Source: Octopus bimaculoides
Taxonomy: Eukaryota
Length of the DNA: 64,000 nt
Direction: 5' to 3'
Assembly (NCBI RefSeq): GCF_001194135.2
Contig: NC_068995.1
Coordinates: forward strand, 50,884,860 to 50,948,859
In this document: positions 1 through 10,844 of the stretch, one piece after another
How the letters are laid out: each line of letters opens with the position of its first letter
Position numbering within the stretch: the stretch's first letter is position 1
Notes under the pieces: generated by a model
Seen by the model: only the letters and a program-made list of their open reading frames with translations
The model's database searches: none
What the model was told of the DNA's origin: nothing
Translations under genes and position numbers: made by a program

Positions 1-32
1 TACTTGTGACATATCTTTATCACAAGAAAGAA

Positions 33-237
33 TTGTTATTTAGTCCCAGGTCAGCCTGAATTAAACCGAGCTATTATCAAAAACATTCCATCTGTGACCA
101 TCCCATCTTTTACCTATATGCAGGTAACCATAGACCAAGTTAGTCAACAAGTTCTAAGGCAGTAGGGTGTGATTTTGAGGAGGATTTGGCTGCTATTTCT
201 TTCAGATTGAGTAACCACATACAGACTCCTTCATATG
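33..237 (-). mobile_element. SINE-E copy (working label)
   Basis: Reverse complement of the 'ctagaaatagcagccaaatctccctc...ggatggtcatgg...ggctaaacaac' family. About 11 diverged copies recur in the window (e.g. 9.9, 10.2, 12.0, 18.3, 23.4, 29.2, 33.4, 46.8, 52.0, 62.1 kb). Confidence 0.7.
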
Positions 238-579
238 CTTGAGAAAAGAGTAGTATTGGATGAGTGGTGGTGGCTGTATTTTCCAAATTAAGGATTTTTT
301 AACCAAAAGCCTTTTTCTAGAAGCTGCTCCTCTGGGTGGTATCCTACATTAGCACTGTTATAGCACTGGAAACTTGGATTGGATTTTGGATGGCTGGTCC
401 TAGTTCATTAATAAGATAAGATTATCAAAGAGGCTTCTTTTGTTGAATAGTGCTTTCATGGCCCTCGCTAGTCTATGGAGATGATGGTTACACTTTCCAT
501 TTGCGATCAGATCAATTGGAACCTTTGTTGTTGTAACTGACTGAGTGGTAGATGGATGATTCATCAACAGACAACTTAC

Positions 580-778
580 AGACAGGACAATTGTATGGCT
601 TGGTGCAGAGTCCTGTTGCCAGACATAGGGTGTTCCAGCTGCCACCCTCTTGACCCAGGGCAGCACAACCTCCTCCAGGCACTTGATGTTTGCACACAGA
701 CTGAGTGCCATACTGAGGGTGGATAAGAGGAAATTATTTGACTGTATCTTTGACAAAATTTGTGTTTTTGTACCAATG
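580..778 (-). other. Candidate exon (199 bp) containing the mariner fragment
   Basis: Minus strand: acceptor ttttttttgttcctgtttttactcttAG, donor GTAAGT at 579-574. The transposase frame is open across the whole segment. Confidence 0.25.
591..689 (-). mobile_element. Tc1/mariner transposase catalytic-domain fragment
   Basis: Minus-strand translation IKCLEEVVLPWVKRVAAGTPYVWQQDSAPSHT contains the QQDxAPxH motif (second catalytic Asp) of Tc1/mariner DDD/E transposases. Confidence 0.85.
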
Positions 779-1231
779 CTAAGAGTAAAAACAGGAACAA
801 AAAAAAATCAATATTTTTTTTATTGATATGAAAATGCCAAGACAGCAGGGTGTTGGGGCTGAACAAATTCTTTAGTGTATTTAGTTTGGTACTTCATTGT
901 TTAAATTAGTAGAATCTAAACATCCCACTAATTTCAGTTTCATTTTACATTCCTTATCAGATCAATAAAATAAGACCATTCTTCTGGGATCAATGAAAAT
1001 AAGAGCAATTATAACCCCTGGAAATGCCCAAGTGTGTGCACGAGTGTATACAGATACATAAGTATGCATAAATATATGAATATATTTGATATGTTAAGTT
1101 ACGACCATGTAAGTAAAAAGATAATCACACAACCATGTGGTTTTAGGTTCGATCCTACTATGTGGTACCTTGGGCTAACTCAAGCTTTGTGAAGAAAATT
1201 TGTTAAAACAAGAATCTGTCCACAAGACTGA

Positions 1232-1500
1232 GTGGACAGTCTGTTATTGGGTGGGAGACTTGATCCATTGCTTAGTTTAACGCCCACACCTGTCCCTCAA
1301 GTGTCTTTAACTGAGACTATTCTGTGGCAATTATTTTCACTAATGTTTCTGATCCGAAGACATACAACGCAATACACGTGCTGCTTCTTTCTTACTGCAG
1401 CAGCCGATCGATGAGTCACGATACCATCCTCGCTTCGTCAATCACAGAGGCCTTGCTGAAAGATCACAAACAACTGCCCTTCCCCAGCTGACTAAGCCAC
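1232..1500. promoter_or_regulatory. CpG-enriched patch with transcription-factor motif cluster; alternatively a short exon
   Basis: About 9 CpGs between 1280 and 1440 in CpG-poor DNA. Motifs GGGTGGG, ACGCCCAC, CACGTG, TGAGTCA. Plus-strand acceptor ttctttcttactgcAG at 1400, followed by open SRSMSHDTILASSITEALLKDHKQLPFPS* (to 1491). Confidence 0.3.
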
Positions 1501-2137
1501 AAAAAAAAGTGGGATGTGGGGTGGAGGTGGAAGAGGGGAAACAGAAAGAAGCCTCTCTGTTTATTTGTCATGACAAATAGTGATTGTCATTACAACTCTA
1601 CTTATTCCTCTGTCTTCTGAATCATAAATACTTTGTCATCTACTTCAATATTACTACTGCTACTACCATGACTATCTCTGTTACTTGTTGTTTATTACAT
1701 AAAATCAATGAGGTCTGTGTGTGACCTTTTGTTTGATAGCTTTAATGCCTTTAATAACTATTGATTACTAACACAGGCACAAAGCTACACACTTTATAGG
1801 AGGGTGTCGTTGATCATAATGATGACCACCCCCACCAATGAGTGTCTGGCTTTATTTTGTATCGTTTATTTTAAATATTTTTAATATCATTTTCAATTAA
1901 ATTTTTTTTTTATATCCTCCATCAAAAGGGTACAAGGCAAACCTGACCCTGGGATATTTTAATGAATTCAGGATGTACATCCCAAAATTTACTTTCTCAG
2001 CTACTTCACAGCATTAATTATTCACTACACTTACATACTTTTAATAACTATTCTGGGTTCAAATCCTTCCAAGGTCCACTTTGCTTTTCACTTTCTAGTG
2101 GTTGATAAAATAAAATGCTAATCAAATATTGGGAAAT

Positions 2138-2139
<2 letters not shown>

Positions 2140-2168
<29 letters not shown>

Positions 2169-2345
2169 GTTTAACGTCCGCTTTCCATGCTAGCATGGGT
2201 TGGACGATNNNNNNNNNNGTTTTGGTTTCTACCGCTGGATGCCCTCCCTAATGCCAACCTCTCTACAGAGTGTACTGCGTGTTTTTAAGTGGCACCATCA
2301 CCAGTGCTTTTTACGTGGGATCAGCACCCACACTACTGCTTTTTA
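2140..2345 (-). mobile_element. RTE LINE 3' tail
   Basis: (CAT)n + 'cgtttaacgtccgctttccatgctagcatgggttggacgat' is the reverse complement of the end of the RTE copy at 57313-58191. Confidence 0.85.
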
Positions 2346-2926
2346 CATGGTGTGTGTGTGCGTGTATGTATGTATATGTAAAGACAAAAAGGTATGTGCA
2401 TACATATTGGGTCATCCCATAAGTAATGCGGCTTTTTTATACTTATTTTATTTTTCAAAATTAGTTAGGAAGGGCATTGGCGTTAGGAAGGACATCCAGC
2501 TGTAGAAACACATATTGTGTATGTATGTATAAACGTGTGTATATACACACACTCTTTTGTGTTTTTAAGTGAGACCATTTCTATGCAACCTCTTGATCTA
2601 TTAAGTGTAATAACCCAAATTTCCCTCAAACTTCCCTATTTTTTAAAAATGCAAACTTCATTTTAAAGCCTAAATGTTATGGCATGTACCACTGCATAAT
2701 GACATTTAGAAATGATTCATGTGATTTTCTGTTTTTGTGTCATAAAAGTCTGCTCAATTAGAATTTACCACTACTATCTGAAGAAGAGTATTACTACAGT
2801 GTCGTCCATGAATAATACTGGTAGATCTCGGCATTCTGTGACAGGCATTATATTATGGCATTTGTCCCAGCTCTGTTGCAAGCATTCAGTCTAAGTCTTT
2901 GCTTTCAGAAAAAAAATTTTTCTTAC

Positions 2927-2940
2927 CAGTTTCAGGGGGC
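2927..2940 (-). other. Candidate 14-nt microexon GCCCCCTGAAACTG
   Basis: Minus strand: tttttgttctttttttggttAG | 14 nt | GTAAGA. Confidence 0.2.
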
Positions 2941-3081
2941 CTAACCAAAAAAAGAACAAAAACAGAGTCACAGATGTTGCCCTTTTTTCTCTGACTAAAT
3001 GTTAAAAAAAAAATTTCAACTTCATCGTCCTTTATTGTTCATGTTTCATGTTTCATGGTTTGTGGTGCAGTCCTTGGGTCC

Positions 3082-3240
3082 ATCATCATCATCATCATTT
3101 AATGTCTGTTGAATGATGATGATGCTGTTGGTCCCTAGGACTGCATTATGCTCCAGTGTCTGCTTTGGCATGGCTTCTATGGTTGAATGCCCTTCCTAAT
3201 GTCAACCACTTTACAACCTCTATTGGGTGTCCTTTTCATA
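3082..3240 (-). mobile_element. Degenerate RTE 3' tail
   Basis: (CAT)n, 'ggttgaatgcccttcctaatgtcaaccactttac'. Confidence 0.7.
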
Positions 3241-4682
3241 ATGGCTGAGTGCACTTTTTTTTTCATTTTATTGCTGTAGTCTTTGGTGTACTGAAATGCA
3301 AAATAAGCACTTCACTCTCACATTGAGTGAAGTTAAATGGTTAGCATTAAAAAGGAAGTCAATTGAACAAACCATTGATTTGAAATATTTGGAAGTACAC
3401 ATTTATTTTTTTCAAATATTGAAAAATAAAAATATTTCAGACTTTCCTCATTAAAAGAAATATGATGAAAAATCAATGTATCATTTATTTATTTGTTTAT
3501 TTATTTATGTATTTATCAAAGGAATGATAAAACATATGAAAAGTAACATGTTTATCTGAAAATAACTTCTAGAAAATGTTTATTTCTGATTTTGAACTAA
3601 AACTTCAATATTTGTGGTCTATTTTTGGTAACAACCAATATAGATTGATACTCATCTGCTTTTAAGATGTATTTCTTTTTGAGAAAATAAAACTCAAAAT
3701 AGTCCAGACTTTGCTCTCTCTCTCTCTTTCTGCATCAAATAGTTTTTTTTTTCTGTCCCTGTTAAAGATTTTTGTTTTTCAGAATATGTTGTAGAAAAAT
3801 AGGAAATGATTGTCCAATTAAGTGTTTCTCCCATTCAGAAATAGAATGTAATTAAGTGGTGTACATAATTGTCCCTGTTTATTCCTTCCTAGCCTTTTAT
3901 CTCCTTCCATGAAAGATTTCATGTTAAGATAAGTAATTTTTCTTAACCTTTCAAGACCAGAAAATCCTCCAGTGTGGCTTAAACTTGTCTAATAATAAGA
4001 ATAATAANNNNNNNNNNNNNNNNNNNNNNNNNNNNNNNNNNNNNNNNNNNNNNNNNNNNNNNNNNNNNNNNNNNNNNNNNNNNNNNNNNNNNNNNNNNNN
4101 NNNNNNNNNNNNNNNNNNNNNNNNNNNNNNNNNNNNNNNNNNNNNNNNNNNNNNNNNNNNNNNNNNNNNNNNNNNNNNNNNNNNNNNNNNNNNNNNNNNN
4201 NNNNNNNNNNNNNNNNNNNNNNNNNNNNNNNNNNNNNNNNNNNNNNNNNNNNNNNNNNNNNNNNNNNNNNNNNNNNNNNNNNNNNNNNNNNNNNNNNNNN
4301 NNNNNNNNNNNNNNNNNNNNNNNNNNNNNNNNNNNNNNNNNNNNNNNNNNNNNNNNNNNNNNNNNNNNNNNNNNNNNNNNNNNNNNNNNNNNNNNNNNNN
4401 NNNNNNNNNNNNNNNNNNNNNNNNNNNNNNNNNNNNNNNNNNNNNNNNNNNNNNNNNNNNNNNNNNNNNNNNNNNNNNNNNNNNNNNNNNNNNNNNNNNN
4501 NNNNNNNNNNNNNNNNNNNNNNNNNNNNNNNNNNNNNNNNNNNNNNNNNNNNNNNNNNNNNNNNNNNNNNNNNNNNNNNNNNNNNNNNNNNNNNNNNNNN
4601 NNNNNNNNNNNNNNNNNNNNNNNNNNNNNNNNNNNNNNNNNNNNNNNNNNNNNNNNNNNNNNNNNNNNNNNNNNNNNNNNNA

Positions 4683-4892
4683 GGCAAAATGGCTGAGTAC
4701 CTTTTGAGCGTTGGGCCTGATGGAGGCAAAATGGCTGAGTACCTTTTGAGCGTTGGGCCTGATGGAGGCAAAATGGCTGAGTACCTTTTGAGCGTTGGGC
4801 CTGATGGAGGCAAAGTGAGTGAGTACCTTTTGAGCGTTGGGCCTCACGGAGGCAAAGTGGCTGAGTTCCTTTCGAGTATTGGGCCTCACGGA
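4683..4892. repeat. 42-bp minisatellite (at least 5 units, continues into the 664-N gap)
   Basis: Unit GGCAAAATGGCTGAGTACCTTTTGAGCGTTGGGCCTGATGGA: three identical copies, then two diverged copies. Confidence 0.95.
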
Positions 4893-5090
4893 CTCAATGA
4901 CCAAGACCTTTGGCATTATGTTGTGGTTGTGGCAGATAGGGGTGTCATACAAGTGTCACATAAAAGCACCCACTACACTCTCTTAGTGGTTGGCATTAGG
5001 AAGGGCATCCAACTGTAGAAAACCATGCCAAATCAGACTGGAGTCTGGCGCAACCTTTCAGCTTGCCAGCCCAGTTAAACTGTCCAACCT
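4893..5090 (+). mobile_element. RTE LINE 3' UTR/tail
   Basis: 'aaaagcacccactacactctc..gtggttggcattaggaagggcatccaactgtagaaaacc' matches 58010-58090. Confidence 0.85.
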
Positions 5091-5400
5091 TGTAATATCA
5101 GGTTCAGTCCCACTATGTGACACCTTGGGCAAGTGTCTTCTACTATAACCCAATGCCTTCTGAAGGAATTTTGTAGATGGAAACTGTGTGGAAGCCTGTT
5201 GTATATGTGTTTGTGTGTCACTGTTTGTGTCCCACCCCAACTGCTTATCATCTGATGTTGGTTTGCTTTCATCCCCATGACTAAGTGGTTCGACATAAGA
5301 GACCAATAAAGTCACTACTAGGATCAGTTTGTTCAACTAAATCCTTCAAGGCAGTGCTCCAGCATGGCTGCTGTACAATGCCTGAAGCCAGTAAAAGATT
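5091..5400 (+). mobile_element. SINE-C, 5'-clipped
   Basis: 'ggttcagtcccactatgtgacaccttgggcaagtgtcttctactataacc' ... 'gtgctccagcatggctgc...gaagccagtaaaagat'. Confidence 0.8.
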
Positions 5401-6798
5401 ATCTAAAATATTAAAAAACAAAAAAAAAAAGGAATTTTCTATTTTGAAATGAATTTGAAACTGAAAATTTAGCTAATTAAAGGATTTTAAGACTTTTCTT
5501 GTAACAGACAGTTCTTAATACACGGGACTTAAAACTGATATTTACTTTGTTTTCCAAATATGTACATACCAAGAATATCTAACCCTTTATTTGTCCTACA
5601 TATTTTATCCATCTTCTTTTCTTTGTTAATTTTATTATCTAAGCGTTTTTTTTCTTTTTTTATTTGATTGTGTTTAAAATTTACTTTTGTTTTACATTCA
5701 TAATTTTCCTTATTCTTTAAATCACTTAAGTCTTCTATTTTCCGTTACAACCAGTTTCTCATTTACTAGGTTAAAAAGAAATTATTCTACTTCATTGTAC
5801 TTTTATCCTAGATAAATAGGGTTTTATTTTTATCCCCCCCTCTTTTTACTTCACTAACCATGTTCAGGGGTTAATTCCTAGAAAGGTACATTCCTTAATG
5901 TTTTATATGTTTACAGGGAAGGTTAGTAGATCAACATATGTCAGACAAGAGAGAGAGAGAGGCTTGCAAGTAGTAAAAACCTGGTAGGTGGTAGTCTTGA
6001 CTCTACTGCTTGCTATGTGTGACCACCTCTACCATCTTTTTCCTTACTGGCTGGCTATGTAACAAATGGCAAAACTAAGATGGATTTCCAACTCGTGTGA
6101 ACCCTGACCTTGCAGTTGAATGATGGAGCTATTTTTATTATGTTTGTGTAGATAAAAAAAAAAAAAAGGAAATGCCTAAGAAAAAACAAACAAAAAAATT
6201 TCCCTTGCTACTCTTTTAAAATAATTGATATTTCAGATTCCTTCCCTGTTCAATTTGTTATTGAACTGATTGCTTTTCTGCTAAAATATATAGTTATTGG
6301 TTTTTAATAAAGTTGTTTGTAATCCACTTAAATTTTGACCCACAAGCAATAGTTCTTCTCCAGACATGGTTAATAGCTTCCAGTTTAGTTCATAAAATAT
6401 AGCAAGATTAAAAATTAGGTAATTAAAATATCTTAAAACTGCTTGGTTTCTTTTAAAAATTCTTAGATTACAATACAAAAAATAATAAAAAAATTAAATT
6501 AAAAGGAATGAAATTTTAATGTTTTCCATTGCCGATGTTTAAAGTGGGGCCATGCTAGGGGTAATCTTTTTTTTTTTATGAAAGCAAGACCAGACTGATT
6601 TTGTGATGTAGTCTTTGGCAGATTTTTCTTTTCTTTTTTTTAATTTTAGTAAAACTGTTAACTTTTGTAATTCTTTCTTGATACATTGATTCAAGTTTAA
6701 AAACCAAAAAAGTACAATTTAAAAAAATTCTGTTAGCATGAAAATTATCACTAGAGTTAGATAATTTTCTAACTCAAAAAATTATGTATTGTAGAATG

Positions 6799-6839
6799 TA
6801 TGTGTGTGTGTGTGTGTACACACACACACACACACACAT
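6799..6839. repeat. Palindromic (TG)n-(CA)n microsatellite
   Basis: atgtgtgtgtgtgtgtgtacacacacacacacacacacat, dyad centred on GTAC. Confidence 0.9.
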
Positions 6840-7129
6840 CATTGTTTCAATGAGCAGTGGAGTCTGAGCTGGTAAGGTATTGGTCACTCTCTGACTGGTT
6901 TATGGTCAAGCCTGTGGCAGTGAAGACTTCTGGCTCTGGCTCAATCACTTAAAACAATATAAGACTGGTAATCTACTAAATTATCATCAAATGATGGATT
7001 ACTAATGCCTTCAGTTGAAACCTGCTGATTGACCCAAAAGGCTTAAATCAATTGATTTGAGAAAATATAAACGACAATTTGTAGATGCAAACATAATCAT
7101 TTTCATCCCTTAATATATATATTTCCATG

Positions 7130-7290
7130 CTGGATGTTTTGACAAGAGCTGGCAAGTCAGAGGGTTGTGCCAAGCTCTGTTGTCTGCATTGGCACAGTTT
7201 CTACGACTGGATGCTCTTCTTAATGCCAACCACTTTATAGAGTGTACTGGGTGCTTTTCACATGGCACCAACACCGGCATGGGTACCAAG
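7130..7290 (-). mobile_element. RTE 3' tail
   Basis: 'ctacgactggatgctcttcttaatgccaaccactttatagagtgtactgggtgcttttc'. Confidence 0.75.
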
Positions 7291-7545
7291 TAATTTTCTA
7301 GACATCCCTGGGAAGGGATGGTTATTAATTCTAAATATTTTCTTGGCCTTAGTTTGTGTTTGTGTCTTTTCTCTCGGCAAATCTTCTTAAATTGTGAGGA
7401 AAAATACAGGAATTGTTGCTTGGTTAAGAAGTTTGCTTCAGAGCCAGGTTTGATCCCACTGCATGGCTCTTTCGGCTAGTTTCTTCTACCGTAGGTTCAA
7501 GTTGATCATTGCTTTGCAAGTGAAATTTTAACAGACTAAAAGCCC

Positions 7546-7576
<31 letters not shown>

Positions 7577-9423
7577 ATATGCATACATACCTGTGTGTGT
7601 GTAAGCCTGAATGCATGTGTGTGTCTGTGCCTGCATGCATGTGTGTGTGTGTGTGTACTTTCAAGCGTGATTGTGTGTGCCTGCTTGTGCACATGTGTGC
7701 GTCTTTGCATTGACATCACTTGGGCTGTGGTGATGTTTGTAGATATCACACAGCTTGGTAGTTCTGTGTGCAGACACTAGTGGATTAGCCTACTTTAGTT
7801 GAAAACAAGAGCCAGCAGTGGGAAGGCCATTCGGCCACTGAATACTACCTCAGGAAGTCTTGTCTAGTTCATGTCAACATGGAAACAAAAAAAAAAACAG
7901 ACATAAAAATGATGATGATGGTGTTTTTAGCTAAAACTCCTGTATATTAGTATCATCTGAGTGACATTGCACTTTATGTATCCATTATTTCTAGTCTTGG
8001 CTATTTCACTTGAACAACATTTGTTTTTCAGGTTCAGGGTCGACCAAAATCCAGTCATTTTTCTGTAATTGACACAACTTGTTCAAAGTTAGCCCTGATC
8101 AGATGCATCTTTGTGGTGCAACCTTCTGTTTTGGTCTGGTCTGACTATAAGACCGTAGCAAATCGTGTGTAGACAGATGGAGTTTTATAGTAAGTAGGTT
8201 CGAAGTAGTGTTTAGTGAAAATCCATAAAGTAGCTAATCTGTTTTTCAACTTATTATCTCGAACAGTATTGAAATCCTTTGTTTAATTACTTGCGACATG
8301 CAATACAGCGGATGTGAGATGGAATATCAAAGAAATGCAATTACTGGATTGTTAATGAGAAGACAGACATTTAAATGGCTTTCTATTGCATTACTCGCTA
8401 GTTTTAGAAATTAATTATATTTAATAACTTTATTGTCTGATAATTTTATTTAATATGTTTGTTAAATCAAATGTGGAATTCCTTTCAATCTCTTTCAAAC
8501 TTTGTCTGGAAAATAATGATATTATTTTATCAATTTACATTCTGCATGCGTGTGTTTGTGTATATATTTATGCAAATGTGTGCACTTGTCTGTGTATAAT
8601 ATGTGGGTGTATGCATTGCTTTAATAACTTAATTTATAATGTTTACAAATAATGCATATAACTGTGTTTTAAATAAATATATATTGTAATCATTTCCTTC
8701 AATGTTTTATAATTTAGTCCTTGTTATTGGGATTTTCTATCTTTGCTGTATACATTCCTTCTCTCACTCACAGAAGACAAGATACCATAAAATATTTTAT
8801 TTATTAGTTTCACACAGAGATAGAAGCAGAAATGTCTTATATATGTTTGTAAAGATGATTTTGAATAACATAATAATTTTTCATCTATACAAAGAAAGAA
8901 ATAATATTTTTCTCTTTTATTTTGTGATTAATTTTTCAGTTATGAAAATAATATATTTAATCTGAAATCACTGATTGGAAATTTCTTATGTATTGTTTTG
9001 TATCATTCTTGAGTGACATAGTGTTCTTATAATCAATCTGCTAGAGTCTTTGTTTAAAGATCATCAGTTTAACTCTCAACTGTCATTCCATTGCATCCTA
9101 CTACCCAATATCCTCTTTAATTTCTTTAAAAAAATATATAAAAAGTACCATTTTTAACTCAGAGATGAGCAATAAAAAGTTGGGATGAAGAGATAGATAG
9201 ATAGAGAGGGGGAGGGCGCTAGTGTTGCTATTAAAAACCTCTGTTGCAATTCAGGAAATTATTATTTTTATTGTGAGATCAATACATCTAAAAAAAAGTT
9301 TGTAATAAATGATATTGATTTTTATTGATATTAATAATATTTTGAAGGCAAGTAGTATGAAGATGTCAACTTATTCTATTAAATTATTGGCTAGTATATT
9401 TGTTTATCACACAAGTAACTTAC

Positions 9424-9524
9424 TCAGATGGTCATTTCTTTAATGGCATGTCAATTTTGGAGAATTCCTCCACTTGCCATTTGGTGTTGGTACCACTTGT
9501 CACGAAGCCATTGATCTACCACAT
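9424..9524 (-). other. Candidate exon (101 bp)
   Basis: Minus strand: ttatatctgcttccAG ... CTGA|GTAAGT. All frames contain a stop (longest VVDQWLRDKWYQHQMASGGILQN*). Confidence 0.2.
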
Positions 9525-10166
9525 CTGGAAGCAGATATAATTTCAATAAATCCAGAATTTATCTTGTATGTTATGTAATATACCCACATTTATCCTTTTC
9601 ATGCCAAAATATGCCACTGACCATTCTAAGCTATTTCTCTTGGCTCATTTCCATTCCGTTATGCCATTGGGTAACATACTGGTCGATCACAAGTAACCTG
9701 CTGAAATGATCTGGTACTTACCGAATCTATTCTGATATGGGGTAAGACACTCTGTAAAGTGGTTGAAGAATGAATGGAGGTAACAAATGAGTGAACTCCT
9801 TTGGTGCTACTGAGAACTTGGAAATTTCTCAAGTGTTGGTGACATGATAAAATGCCCCTTGTAACCTCTGTAAAATGGTCAGTGTTATAGCTTGAGTGAG
9901 ATCAGCCCTGATTCAGCTGACCTCTGATGAAAAGTATTCCAGTCATGAGTATCTTGTCTTTTTAGGGGAATCTAGGACTACACTATCTACTTTGTTCTTG
10001 TCCCTACCTTTTTTTTTCTCTCTTTTATTAAAATAGTAGTCATGATGTGAGAAAAATTTGACACCATCACCACCACTGTCACCATCATCACCACTACCCC
10101 CTCCATCTTCATCACCATTACTACCACCACCACCACCACCACCACCACTTTCAACTTGGACATAAG

Positions 10167-10385
10167 GGAGTCAGTGAAGTAGCCTTTATGTGATTGCTCA
10201 ATCTGCTAGAGATAGTAACCAAGTCTCTTTGAAATCATATCCTACCAGCTTAAACAAAAAGGGACTCATTAGAGAATATAGTCCTAGATTTAAAAAGAAA
10301 CAGGATGATCATGGCTGGAATGTCCTTGATTCATACATATGCTCAATTAGAGCCGATTTAAGCCTATGCAATAACATTATCATAA
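10167..10385 (+). mobile_element. SINE-E copy
   Basis: 'gattgctcaatctgctagagatagtaaccaagtctctttgaaatc...ggatgatcatggctggaatgtcc'. Inverted relative to the partial copy at 9895-9990. Confidence 0.7.
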
Positions 10386-10631
10386 CTACACGTTATCCTT
10401 CAAGTAAATGCCTTCATAAGTGGAGGGAAAAAAAAAACTAAAATCGAACACTGGAAGCCATCTTGTAATGAAATTAGAAAAATTCATACTACAGATATAA
10501 ACATTAAACTCTGTCTCCTGGCATGTTTGGCTAAATCCCACTACAGTTAATATTTGATCATTTTTACTTATAGTGTGTGTGGGGTGGGGGTGCACGTGTG
10601 CTCTGAGCATTTTGTAAAACCTCTGTATTAC

Positions 10632-10764
10632 CTTTCCATTTGATTTAGTCCTGATTGTTTCAACATTGCTGAGGTTGCTAAACAGGTTCGGCTTGGCCTT
10701 TTTCCTCCCAGTCTTTTTTCCTTGTTTGAACTTACTTCTTGATAAACATTACACATTCTCCTTC
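10632..10764 (-). other. Candidate exon (133 bp)
   Basis: Minus strand: cttgatttaccatttccaaacAG ... AAG|GTAATA. One open frame, RRMCNVYQEVSSNKEKRLGGKRPSRTCLATSAMLKQSGLNQME; no recognisable family. Confidence 0.25.
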
Positions 10765-10806
10765 CTGTTTGGAAATGGTAAATCAAGATATGAACATTAT
10801 ACTGTG

Positions 10807-10844
<38 letters not shown>

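Noticed and set aside
512-697. KPYNCPVC zinc-finger-like peptide
   Set aside because: Alternative frame of the mariner fragment; lacks the His pair of a C2H2 finger.
3951-4952. Long ORFs spanning N-runs (also at 14.0-14.6, 18.5-19.1, 21.9-22.3, 34.8-35.2, 39.1-40.3, 44.5-45.4, 50.9-51.4 and 57.3-58.1 kb)
   Set aside because: Their length comes from undefined bases and flanking repeats, not from coding sequence.
7424-7780. His/Thr-, Cys/Val-, Ile/Tyr- and Leu/Ser-rich ORFs throughout the window
   Set aside because: Translations of (CA)n, (TG)n, (TA)n and (CT)n microsatellites.
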